A DNA stretch of 32,000 nt, taken from an uncultured archaeon. GTDB lineage: Archaea > Iainarchaeota > Iainarchaeia > Iainarchaeales > DATDZZ01. The DNA is taken from assembly GCA_964373795.1 (NCBI GenBank), contig CAYJVY010000004.1:30001-62000 (forward strand), given 5' to 3'. Every line of letters starts with the position of its first letter. The first letter of the stretch is position 1. The translations under genes and the position numbers were made by a program. Of this stretch, positions 1-7,709 are shown piece by piece. The notes below the pieces were generated by a model that had not been told where the DNA came from, made no database searches, and was given only the letters and a program-made list of their open reading frames with translations.

Positions 1-78
1 AAGATTGCAACAAAGGTTTTCACTAACGGAGAATTAATTGAAGTGAATGCCACAAAAGGAATAGTTAAAAGGCTTTGA
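1..78 (+). CDS. 3' end of a CDS cut by the window edge; C-terminus of a PEP-utilising-enzyme mobile (swivelling) domain protein
   Basis: Frame 1 reads KIATKVFTNGELIEVNATKGIVKRL then TGA at 76-78. This aligns with the C-terminus of the 24377..25864 product (KIATKILKDGDKVEVDAVKGIVKKL). It is absent from the ORF track because it is open-ended. Confidence 0.6.
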   Translation, partial: KIATKVFTNGELIEVNATKGIVKRL

Positions 79-136
79 TTAGGCAATTGCCGAATTTTTA
101 TAAAGGCTTTTAAGATTTATTTTTTCAAAAATCTGC

Positions 137-555
137 ATGGTGAAAAGATTTTATTTGGATACAAGTATTTGGAGAGACTATTTTGAAGACAGAGTTGACA
201 AGTTTAGGCCACTTGGTTTGTTTGCTTTTCAATTTTTGAATGAATGCAGGAATAAAGGCCACAAGGTTTTGTATTCTGATTTGATTTTGTTTGAGTTACG
301 AAAAGAATATTCAGAAGAAAGAATTAAGTCAATCCTTTCAGAGTTTCACAATATTCTAGAAAGAGTTGAATCTACAGACAAGCAAAAGTAGAGTCAAAGT
401 TATTAGAAAATAAGTTAGAAGAAGCACATAATCCAGATATATTGCATGCAATTATTTCTAGAGACAACAAGGCAGTAATTATTACAAGAGACAAAGGCTT
501 CGAAGAATTAAAACAAGTTGTCGAAGTTAAGAAACCAGAAGAAGTCACTTTTTAG
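137..555 (+). pseudogene. PIN-domain (VapC-like) ribonuclease toxin gene interrupted by a 1-nt frameshift
   Basis: The ORF 137..391 carries the first two acidic PIN motifs (FYLDTSIW, LILFELRKE) and stops at TAG 389-391. A second frame is open from 370 to 555 and encodes the rest of the domain (EEAHNPDILHAIISRDNKAVIITRDKGF, third and fourth acidic motifs). The joined length is about 139 aa, a normal PIN size. The frame change must occur within 370-391, which contains an A4 run at 384-387. Confidence 0.7.
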
Positions 556-835
556 ATTTTTCTTCCAATTCCCTAAAAAACTCTTCACTATATTTTCGCC
601 TGTTTTCCAGCCATTCTTCATCTGTTTTGGATTTACTCATGCCTTTCAAAGCGCCTCTAGCTGTAAAAAGTGCTTGCCAAGCCTTTTCTTTTCTGCGCTC
701 GACTTCAAGTTCTTTGAGTTTGCCTCTGATTGCATCTCTAATGAATTCAGTTTTCGTGCTGTATCTAAATTCATGCAAGACTTTTTCAATCTCTTTAGCA
801 AGAGAAGATTCAAGTTTAATGCTAATGCTTTCCAT
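545..835 (-). CDS. Ribbon-helix-helix (CopG/Arc/MetJ family) DNA-binding protein, possible antitoxin or regulator
   Basis: The N-terminus ISIKLESSLAKEIEKVL...YSTKTEFIRDAIRGKL shows the strand-helix-helix pattern of RHH proteins, followed by a charged helical tail. It is convergent with the PIN remnant, and the 3' ends overlap by 11 bp. Confidence 0.7.
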   Translation of the reverse strand: MESISIKLESSLAKEIEKVLHEFRYSTKTEFIRDAIRGKLKELEVERRKEKAWQALFTARGALKGMSKSKTDEEWLENRRKYSEEFFRELEEKSKK

Positions 836-910
836 ATTACTAAGTAATACATAGTAGTATTTAAAAAATTAATGCAAAAAAAGCTTTAGCTCTAAGTTAA
901 AAGAAAAAAA

Positions 911-1035
911 TGGGTTTAAGCTTAAACCCACTAAAAAAAGCCTATCCAATTTCCATTGAAATTAAAAAATATAAGTAAAAAATATAAGTAGTGGGACTTA
1001 GCCCACTTAATACTTAATCTTGGGCCTAACCAAGA
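911..1035. repeat. Three related GGG...CCC stem-loops in the divergent RHH/Lrp intergenic region
   Basis: H1 (911-930) is tgggtttaagcttaaaccca, a perfect 20-bp palindrome. H2 (991-1006) is gtggg-acttag-cccac. H3 (1018-1035) is tcttgg-gcctaa-ccaaga. All three lie upstream of both flanking genes, so they are not terminators for those genes. Confidence 0.6.
964..989. repeat. Perfect tandem duplication of a 13-bp TATA-like unit (aaaaaatataagt x2)
   Basis: Positions 964-976 and 977-989 are identical and sit between hairpins H1 and H2. Confidence 0.8.
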
Positions 1036-1192
1036 GTTTTAAAAAAAACTAATAATATATATGCATTAAATTATTTATATACATTTCTGCCATTTTATTA
1101 AACAAAACAACCATAAAAGCGTATAATTTTAAACATTTGTATACTAAAATATGAAATAATAAGCTCAAAGTAAACATTTATTTGGGGATTTT

Positions 1193-1636
1193 TTGGAATT
1201 AGACAAGCTTGATAGAGAGATTTTGAATATTTTGCTTGAAAACTCTAAACTTGCATATAGGAAAATTGCTGAAAGAGTTGGAGTTGTACCTGCAACTGTA
1301 ATGCATAGAATTAAGAGGCTTGAAAACGAGAAAATAATCAAGAGTTATACTATAGATGTTGATACTGTTAAGACAGGATATGAATTTGAAGTATTAATTG
1401 ACATGGTTATTGATAAAGGCCAAGACTATTTAGTTTCAAGCCGAATTATTGATAATCCTCAAATTGCTAGAATTTATAAAATCACTGGAGCAATGGATGT
1501 AGAATTGGTTGCAAAATTTAAAACAAGAAAAGAATTGGATAAATTTCTTCAAACAATTCAAGAAATGGAGTACGTGAATAGAACTGAAACAAAACTGGTT
1601 TTAAACACAATTAAAAAATCCGAAGTAATAATTTAG
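1193..1636 (+). CDS. Lrp/AsnC family transcriptional regulator
   Basis: LDKLDREILNILLENSKLAYRKIAERVGVVPATVMHRIKRLENEKIIKSYT is a winged HTH, followed by an RAM/ACT-like C-terminal domain. The start codon is TTG. The 3' end overlaps orc1/cdc6 by 4 bp (convergent). Confidence 0.85.
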   Translation: MELDKLDREILNILLENSKLAYRKIAERVGVVPATVMHRIKRLENEKIIKSYTIDVDTVKTGYEFEVLIDMVIDKGQDYLVSSRIIDNPQIARIYKITGAMDVELVAKFKTRKELDKFLQTIQEMEYVNRTETKLVLNTIKKSEVII

Positions 1637-2760
1637 TCTCTTAATTCATTTAACACTAATTCTTTTGAAATCTTTAAAGAAATCATTCGAGTTTTTCCTC
1701 TCAAGTTTTCATTTAAATCAGCTGAAACCAGGTTTAAAGTATTAAGTCTTGAAATCAAATCCCTTAAACGGCGTTCAGTTAATTGTTGTTTTGACAACTT
1801 GTTAAATTTCATGTATAACTCGCCTGCAGAAATTGGTTTGAATTCTTGTGAAAGAATTTTCAGTAAAAGTTTTTCTGAATCACTTAAATGTTTTAAAAAT
1901 TTTTTTGCAGGAATGAAATCAATTACTTCAAATGCTTTTCTTAAATGCTGTAATGAAACTTTTTCAGAGTTTTCTTTTTCCGCTAAACGCCCGGCCTTTA
2001 ATAATGATTCAATTGCAATTCTGCAATCTCCTCCAAGCTTGGCTGCATGCGCCGCAGCAACATTTATTACTTCTTTTTCTAAAACATTTTCTTGAAACGC
2101 GTATTCAACTCTTTCTCTTAAAATATCTTTTAATTGTTGAGGAGAATATGGTTCAAATAAAATTCTTTCTTCAGTGAAAGAGCTTTTAACTCGTTCATCT
2201 AAATTAAAATTCATGTTCAAGTCGTTTGAAATAATTATTAATCCAACTCTTGCTTTCTTGAATTGAAAAACTCTAAGCAAGTCATACAAAATTTTTGATC
2301 CATCCTCGGATTTAAGTAATTGATCAAATTCATCTAAAACAATTAATGGAATGAAATCAATTTTTTCAAGTGATTCAAGAAAAACTGAATAAATTTCATC
2401 AGTTCCAAGGCCTCTTCTAGGAATTGCTCTTCCAAGAAAAGAAGTGATTGCACTTAAAACTGAATTACGAGTAGAATATTCAAAGCAATTAATGTAAATG
2501 CTTTTCGCGCGATCAGTGTAATCCTCTAATTCTTTTAAAACAAATCTCACTGTACAGGTTTTGCCTGTCCCAGTAGAGCCAAACACTGCAACATTTACTG
2601 GTTTTTTTCCATTAATTGCAGGTTTAAAGGCAAAAACAAGTGAATCAATTTCTTTTTCTCTGTGAGGCAAGCGTTCAGGTAAAAACTCGGGATACAAGTA
2701 AGATTCATTTTTAAAAATTTCATGAATTAAAGAACTTTCTTCAAACAAGTTTTTCTTCAT
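1633..2760 (-). CDS. orc1: Orc1/Cdc6 replication initiator (AAA+ ATPase with C-terminal winged helix)
   Basis: The N-terminus has PEFLPERLPHREKEI. Walker A is FGSTGTGKTCTV and Walker B is LIVLDEFDQL. The C-terminal winged-helix region is typical of archaeal Orc1/Cdc6. Confidence 0.92.
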   Translation of the reverse strand: MKKNLFEESSLIHEIFKNESYLYPEFLPERLPHREKEIDSLVFAFKPAINGKKPVNVAVFGSTGTGKTCTVRFVLKELEDYTDRAKSIYINCFEYSTRNSVLSAITSFLGRAIPRRGLGTDEIYSVFLESLEKIDFIPLIVLDEFDQLLKSEDGSKILYDLLRVFQFKKARVGLIIISNDLNMNFNLDERVKSSFTEERILFEPYSPQQLKDILRERVEYAFQENVLEKEVINVAAAHAAKLGGDCRIAIESLLKAGRLAEKENSEKVSLQHLRKAFEVIDFIPAKKFLKHLSDSEKLLLKILSQEFKPISAGELYMKFNKLSKQQLTERRLRDLISRLNTLNLVSADLNENLRGKTRMISLKISKELVLNELRD

Positions 2761-2840
2761 TTAATACACTTAAAATAAATATAAAAGACTAGTATAAATT
2801 CATTTGGTTCAAAAACTTTTTGATTTAATGCATTAAAGTT

Positions 2841-2887
2841 TTTCCTGCGGGAATTTTCACCGGAAATTTACTCCTCCGAATTCTTTT
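2841..2887. promoter_or_regulatory. Three tandem GC-containing dyad boxes resembling mini-ORB (origin recognition box) cores, next to an AT-rich stretch
   Basis: The boxes are TTCCTGCGGGAA (2842-2853), TTTCACCGGAAA (2855-2866) and CTCCTCCGAATTC (2871-2883). The first two each match 9 of 12 positions of the TTCCAGTGGAAA-type dyad, which I recall from memory from characterised archaeal origins. They lie in the 153-bp gap directly upstream of orc1/cdc6. Confidence 0.35.
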
Positions 2888-2913
2888 AAAAGGCTGGAAA
2901 GCTTTTTTCTTTT

Positions 2914-4464
2914 ATGACTCCCTTAGCTCCCAATTTAAGTACAGTGTACTTAACTAGTGTAAAATATTTTCCGGAAAAAAAAGAAGTATTAATTGAGTAC
3001 TCTAATTTGAGGGAAAAAATTACTCAAAAGCAAGTGTTTTTCCCTAAATTTTATTTTTCTTTAAAAGACATAAATGAAAATCTTTTCATTGAATTGCTTT
3101 CATTATATGATTCAAGAAAAATTAGAATTGAAAAAATTAATGAAATAGTGAAGGTTACTGCAAAGGATTTCACTGAATTGAAAAAAATTGCTAATTTAAT
3201 TAATTTTTCTTTAAAAAAACAGCCATTAATTTTGGGCCCGGAACGACAGTTTTTAATTGAAAACAATTTAAGTTATTTTGACTCATTTGCTTTAGAAAAA
3301 AATGGTTTAAAAAAAATAGAGTCTTTAGCAATTCCTGAAATTAAATTAGAATTTTTAACTTCGCCTTTAAATGATTCAGTTAAAGAATTGCTTTCAATTA
3401 ATTCTGAGACAACTGAAAAACTCGTGAACTCAGTTATTTACTCTAATTTGTTGTGCATGCCAGTTAATGAATTGCCTTCAAAAAATTCTTTGTTAATTGA
3501 ATTGTTTTTGGAGAAAATGTTTTTCAAACACGAATTTGATTTAAGTAAAGAGGAAAAAAAAGAGTTTTATTCAAGCGAGTTTCCTAAAAATTTAAGGCTT
3601 GAAAAAGATTTAACTGAAATTGATTTTTCATTTGTTTGGCCAACGCTTTTAAGCAAGTCTTTTTACAATATTGGATTTGAATCAATTAACTGTAAATGCT
3701 GTAAAACAAGTGACTTCAATGCAGAAAATGTCTTGCCTAATTCTTTAATTGAAGTAGAATTTCTTTCAGAAGGAACCTATTTTGAATCAAATAACATTAA
3801 ATGGAGAAAAGAGTTCCATGAAAAGCGTTCAGGGAAAGAGGAAAGGCTTAGAATGCAGAAAGAGTTTTACTTAAACTCTATTCCTATAGGGCCATTCAAT
3901 AAAGGAGTGAAAGAATTAATTCCTTTAACTGATGTAAAAAATTTATTGAAGAAAAACCAAGTAAGAATTTTATCAAATCATGGGCTTTACTGGTTTTGCG
4001 AGAAACGTGAAGCATTTTTATCTAAAGAAATTAATTCATTAAATGCTTTGCTTGAAAAAGTTTCAATTAAATGCAGTGAATTTGAAGAACGTTTTTTAAA
4101 AGAATTTAATTTAATGTCTTCAAATAAATTGCTTGAAAACCCTGAATTCTTTTACTTGAAATGCTTGAAAGAAGTTTTAAGTGAATTAATTTGTTTTACT
4201 CCGACTCACTTGTTTTCAGTTAACTCTAAGTTTTATTCAACTCAATTAACTGAAATAATTAAAACAATTCAAATTCAAACAATTAAAGAATTCCAAGAAT
4301 TCAGTAAAATTAAGGGAGCGAAATTCATTAACTTTAACAATTACAAGACATTCATTAACTCGGATTCAACGCTTAAATTGTTGAAAAACTTTTCTTTAAA
4401 ACAAAACATTCCCTTGCCGAAAATCAAGTTCTTTAAAACCAAGACTCATAATCCAAGCCACTAG
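2914..4464 (+). CDS. B-family DNA polymerase homologue lacking the 3'-5' exonuclease domain and the motif C catalytic aspartates (predicted catalytically inactive)
   Basis: The protein shows collinear PolB landmarks. The N-terminal domain has FFPKFYFSL and LGPERQFLIENNL, followed by LIELFLEK. A YxGG-like EFYSSEF is at aa 217-223. Motif A EIDFSFVWPTLL (D237) matches DxxxLYPS. Motif B-like QKEFYLNSIPIG matches KxxxNSxYG. Motif C RILSNHGLYW (aa 351-360) has SNH where YxDTDG has DTD. The spacing from motif A to motif B is 84 aa, as in Pfu-type PolB. No ExoI/II/III motifs are present, and the protein is only 516 aa versus about 775. Confidence 0.6.
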   Translation: MTPLAPNLSTVYLTSVKYFPEKKEVLIEYSNLREKITQKQVFFPKFYFSLKDINENLFIELLSLYDSRKIRIEKINEIVKVTAKDFTELKKIANLINFSLKKQPLILGPERQFLIENNLSYFDSFALEKNGLKKIESLAIPEIKLEFLTSPLNDSVKELLSINSETTEKLVNSVIYSNLLCMPVNELPSKNSLLIELFLEKMFFKHEFDLSKEEKKEFYSSEFPKNLRLEKDLTEIDFSFVWPTLLSKSFYNIGFESINCKCCKTSDFNAENVLPNSLIEVEFLSEGTYFESNNIKWRKEFHEKRSGKEERLRMQKEFYLNSIPIGPFNKGVKELIPLTDVKNLLKKNQVRILSNHGLYWFCEKREAFLSKEINSLNALLEKVSIKCSEFEERFLKEFNLMSSNKLLENPEFFYLKCLKEVLSELICFTPTHLFSVNSKFYSTQLTEIIKTIQIQTIKEFQEFSKIKGAKFINFNNYKTFINSDSTLKLLKNFSLKQNIPLPKIKFFKTKTHNPSH

Positions 4465-4540
4465 ATTTAAATATTTTTCTTTGTGTTAATACGTATATCA
4501 TTGGAAGTTATATTGCTGTTTTTTATTCCGAGTGTTGTTA

Positions 4541-4747
4541 ATGGTTAAACTAACTAGATTTGAAGTCACTAGATTGATTAGTGCTAGAGCAGTTCAATTG
4601 GCATTGGGAGCGCCTCAATTAGTTCAAGCTGAAGGAAATATTTCAATGGAAGACATAGCTAAACTTGAATTAAAGGAAAAGGTTTTACCTTTATCTGTTT
4701 TAAGGCAGCTTCCAACTGGGCAAATTCAAAGAATTGAAGTAATGTAA
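4541..4747 (+). CDS. rpoK: DNA-directed RNA polymerase subunit K (Rpo6 / Rpb6 homologue)
   Basis: LTRFEVTRLISARAVQLALGAPQLV matches the conserved Rpb6/RpoK core. The ATG at 4541 is preferred over the track's GTG at 4532. Confidence 0.9.
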   Translation: MVKLTRFEVTRLISARAVQLALGAPQLVQAEGNISMEDIAKLELKEKVLPLSVLRQLPTGQIQRIEVM

Positions 4748-4756
4748 AGTGATTTA

Positions 4757-4948
4757 ATGGGTAAAGCAGTTCCAAAAATAATTAAAAGCCGTGCAGAGTA
4801 TTTATTAAAAAAATTTCCTGAAAAATTTTCTAAAGACTTTGCAAAAAACAAGTTATCTTTAACTGAATTACATTTACCTTTATCACCTGTTTCAAGAAAC
4901 ATTCTCGCAGCTTTTATTGGAAGACAAAAAGCAAAAGAACAAGTTTAA
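4757..4948 (+). CDS. rps17e: 30S ribosomal protein eS17 (S17e)
   Basis: MGKAVPKIIKSRAEYLLKKFPEKFSKDFAKNK...SRNILAAFIGR follows the archaeal S17e pattern, and the 63-aa size is typical. Confidence 0.85.
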   Translation: MGKAVPKIIKSRAEYLLKKFPEKFSKDFAKNKLSLTELHLPLSPVSRNILAAFIGRQKAKEQV

Positions 4949-4999
4949 CCTAATTTGAAAACATTTTTATTTTTCTTCAATTTTGAAGTGGATAAATAA

Positions 5000-5446
5000 A
5001 TGAGTAAATTAAAACTTTCAAGTCCTTTTTTTGCAAATAATGCAAGAATTCCAGACAAATTTACTTGTAAAGGAGTAAATGTAAATCCCTTGCTAGAAAT
5101 TGAAGGAGTTCCTGAAAACACTAAAAGTTTTGCATTAATTGTTGACGATCCAGATGCTCCAATGAAGACATGGGTTCACTGGGTTTTATGGAATATTTCT
5201 CCAAGCACTAAAAAAATTGAAGAAAACTCTGTTCCAAAAGAAGCAATGCAAGGGGTAACAGATTTTGGTGAAAACAGGTATGGCGGGCCATGTCCTCCAA
5301 GCGGAACTCACAGGTATTTCTTTAAATTATATGCATTAAATTCAACTCTAAATATTTCAAAGAATTCAAAAAAAGAAGATTTAGAAAAAGCAATGCAAAG
5401 CCATATTTTAGCTCAAACTCAATTAATTGGTTTATACAGCAAATAA
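5000..5446 (+). CDS. PEBP family protein (YbhB/YbcL-type phosphatidylethanolamine-binding protein)
   Basis: IVDDPDAP...WVHWVLWNI...YGGPCPPSGTHRYFFKLYAL is the PEBP signature. Confidence 0.9.
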   Translation: MSKLKLSSPFFANNARIPDKFTCKGVNVNPLLEIEGVPENTKSFALIVDDPDAPMKTWVHWVLWNISPSTKKIEENSVPKEAMQGVTDFGENRYGGPCPPSGTHRYFFKLYALNSTLNISKNSKKEDLEKAMQSHILAQTQLIGLYSK

Positions 5447-5555
5447 TTATTAAATTTTCAGTGCCTAAAAAAATGCCTTACAAAAACAAAACCTATTTAT
5501 AATTGACACAGTATTGTTTTTCTATGAACTTTGAATTGAAGTTATTTTCAATTGC

Positions 5556-5629
5556 CTTAATTTTTTTAATTACTTTACTTAAATCAATCAAAACAACAAT
5601 GCTCCAAATTTAATATTAGTAATACTATA
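5556..5629 (-). repeat. Inverted, non-functional copy of the cca promoter-proximal region plus the first 15 codons (copy A of a 74-bp inverted repeat)
   Basis: The reverse complement of 5556-5629 equals 11564-11637 at 73 of 74 positions. The single mismatch (5598 versus 11595) turns the ATG into ATT. Weaker similarity continues for about 20 nt further. Confidence 0.95.
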
Positions 5630-5964
5630 TTCCTAAATTTAAGTTTGAAACTTCTTCATTTATTTCAAAAATTCTTGCAAAAATGGGGATGCCTACAGCT
5701 TTTTCTGCTGAAGCAGATTTTTCTGGAATTGATGGATCAAAAAATCTTAGTATTAATGAAGTAATTCACAAAGCTTTTGTTGAAGTGAATGAGGAAGGAA
5801 CAGAAGCAGCTGCAGCAACTGCTGTTACAATTGGGATAACTTCTGTTGGCCCACCATTAAATGAATTTAGAGCAGATCATCCATTTATTTTCTTAATTCA
5901 AGAAAAAGAAACTGGAAGCATTTTGTTTTTAGGAAAAGTTGTTGACCCAACTCAAACCAATTAA
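5623..5964 (+). pseudogene. Serpin gene remnant: only the C-terminal ~113 codons, including the reactive-centre loop
   Basis: The frame opens at 5623 and reads IPKFKFETSSFISKILAKMGMPTAFSAEADFSGI...VIHKAFVEVNEEGTEAAAATAV...FRADHPFIFLIQEKETGSILFLGKVVDP. These are the serpin hinge/RCL and C-terminal signatures. About 270 N-terminal residues of a normal serpin are missing. The upstream sequence is the cca-derived repeat. Confidence 0.85.
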
Positions 5965-7688
5965 ATTAATTTTTTGCTTACGTAAACTCCGTCTTGAGTA
6001 TAACCAAATTTTTTATAGTATGCTCGAGCACCAATTCCTGAAATAATGCATAACTTTTTTGCATCAAATTTTTCTCTAGAAATTTTTTCAGCTTCTTCTA
6101 AAAGCTTTTGTCCAAAACCTTTATGTTGAACTGCATCAAAACTTTTTTCTCCTAAAGCAAGTGCTTGACCATAAACATGCAGTTCTCGAATTCCTAAAGT
6201 GTTTTCAGTTATTTCTTTCCTAAAAGGCTTGAATGGAATTCGCAATCTGCAGAAACCTAAAAGCAAGTCATTTACAGTATCTTCAACTGAAATAAAGATT
6301 TCTTCAGAATTATTTGCTTCAAAAGATTCACTTAATATTTTCACTGCATTGAAATCAATTTCTTTTCCTTTTGGTTCTCTGCATCTAATGCATTTACATT
6401 TAATTCCAAGCTCTTTTTGCTTTAATTCAACGAATTGCCTTAAATTAGTGTTTTCAACTCCTGCTTCTGTTTGATTAGTTGGGATATCTCGTTGAATTCT
6501 CATTACTCTGCAATATTTTGGAATAAATCTTTTTCCTTCAGCAATTATTTTAGCTGCTTGTTCAGTTGAAATTGGATTAAATAATCCTTTTTCCCATAAT
6601 TGATGTAACCCTGTTCCTTGTAAAACCATGCAAGGATAAATCTTTAACGAGTCAGGCTTGAAGTCAGGGTTTGAAAATAATTCTTTAAATTCTTGGACGT
6701 TTTTCTCAGGAGTGGAATCAGGCAAGCCAGGCATTAAATGATAACCTATTTTTAAAAACGAGTCACGCATTAATTGAGTTGCTTTAATTGAGTCTTCAAC
6801 TGAATGCCCTCTATTTGTTTTCTTCAAAATTTTGTTTTCAAGCGATTGAACCCCTATTTCAACTCTAGTAGTTCCTAATTCAAGCATTTCATTAATATGT
6901 TTTTCAAAGCAATTATCTGGCTTTGTTTCAATGCATAAAGCAACACATTTAATTCTGCTTTCAAATTCATTTCTTTTTTGCTCGAATTTTAAATCCGCTT
7001 CTCCTTTTAATGTTAAAAGCTTTGAATTAATTCTTTCATTTCTTTCCTTTGACTTAATGTCTTGAAAAGGCAATTCAAAGAATTCATTAAATTTTTTAAA
7101 ATCAATTTCATTTTTATTGTAAAAGGTTTCAGAAAAATCATTCAATGCTTTAAAAATGTTTGAAACAAATTCAATTTGATAAGTTCTAGACATTGCAGGA
7201 AAAGTTCCTCCTTGAATTATTACTTCAATTTTTTCAGGGCAATGCCCTAAAGCAGTATAAGTTTCTAATCTGTTCATTGCAATTAAATAAGAATCATAAT
7301 TATTGCGAATTGCTCTCATTGTTGAAGGTTCTTTTCCTGTATAACTTTGAGGTACGTCTCCAAACGGAGAATTCAATCCGCCTGGACAAAAAATGCAAGT
7401 GCCATGAGGACAATTAAATGGTTTTGTCATGCAAGCAATTGTTGCAACTCCTGAAATAGTTCGCACAGGTTTCATTAACAAGATTTCTTTAACCTTTTTT
7501 CCACTGCCTTCAGAAAAAGAAAAAATACTTGAATTAGTTGGAACTTTTTCAATTCCTATTTCAACACACAGAGTTCTTTTTCGTTTACTGAATTGATCTC
7601 TATTACTTATTTTTCCTTCTTGAATTTCTTTAATTATTTGTTCACTAAATTTTTTCAGTTTCAAGTCAAGCAATGCAATTGAAGTCAT
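5961..7688 (-). CDS. elp3: Elp3 homologue (radical SAM plus GNAT acetyltransferase; tRNA U34 carboxymethylation)
   Basis: The radical SAM cluster region is CPHGTCIFCPGG. The TIM-barrel core has VEIGVQS. The C-terminal GNAT domain has QHKGFGQKLLEEAEKI. The length is 575 aa. Confidence 0.92.
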   Translation of the reverse strand: MTSIALLDLKLKKFSEQIIKEIQEGKISNRDQFSKRKRTLCVEIGIEKVPTNSSIFSFSEGSGKKVKEILLMKPVRTISGVATIACMTKPFNCPHGTCIFCPGGLNSPFGDVPQSYTGKEPSTMRAIRNNYDSYLIAMNRLETYTALGHCPEKIEVIIQGGTFPAMSRTYQIEFVSNIFKALNDFSETFYNKNEIDFKKFNEFFELPFQDIKSKERNERINSKLLTLKGEADLKFEQKRNEFESRIKCVALCIETKPDNCFEKHINEMLELGTTRVEIGVQSLENKILKKTNRGHSVEDSIKATQLMRDSFLKIGYHLMPGLPDSTPEKNVQEFKELFSNPDFKPDSLKIYPCMVLQGTGLHQLWEKGLFNPISTEQAAKIIAEGKRFIPKYCRVMRIQRDIPTNQTEAGVENTNLRQFVELKQKELGIKCKCIRCREPKGKEIDFNAVKILSESFEANNSEEIFISVEDTVNDLLLGFCRLRIPFKPFRKEITENTLGIRELHVYGQALALGEKSFDAVQHKGFGQKLLEEAEKISREKFDAKKLCIISGIGARAYYKKFGYTQDGVYVSKKLI

Positions 7689-7709
7689 TCAAAACACAAC
7701 TAAATTTAG

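Noticed and set aside
518-854. Track ORFs 518..847 (+), 627..854 (+) and 646..852 (-) overlap the RHH gene.
   Set aside because: They are alternative-frame or antisense shadows of the 545..835 RHH gene. Their products are Phe/Ser/Leu-rich with no motifs. The RHH reading has a clear domain signature.
1799-2177. Plus-strand ORFs 1799..2095 and 1932..2177 lie inside orc1/cdc6. Similar antisense ORFs occur inside elp3, the surface protein, the cyclase, trmB, pelota, ABCE1, the PEP-domain gene, asnB and EF-1beta.
   Set aside because: All lie opposite strongly supported genes with clear motifs. They have no recognisable domains and a biased composition typical of antisense frames in AT-rich DNA.
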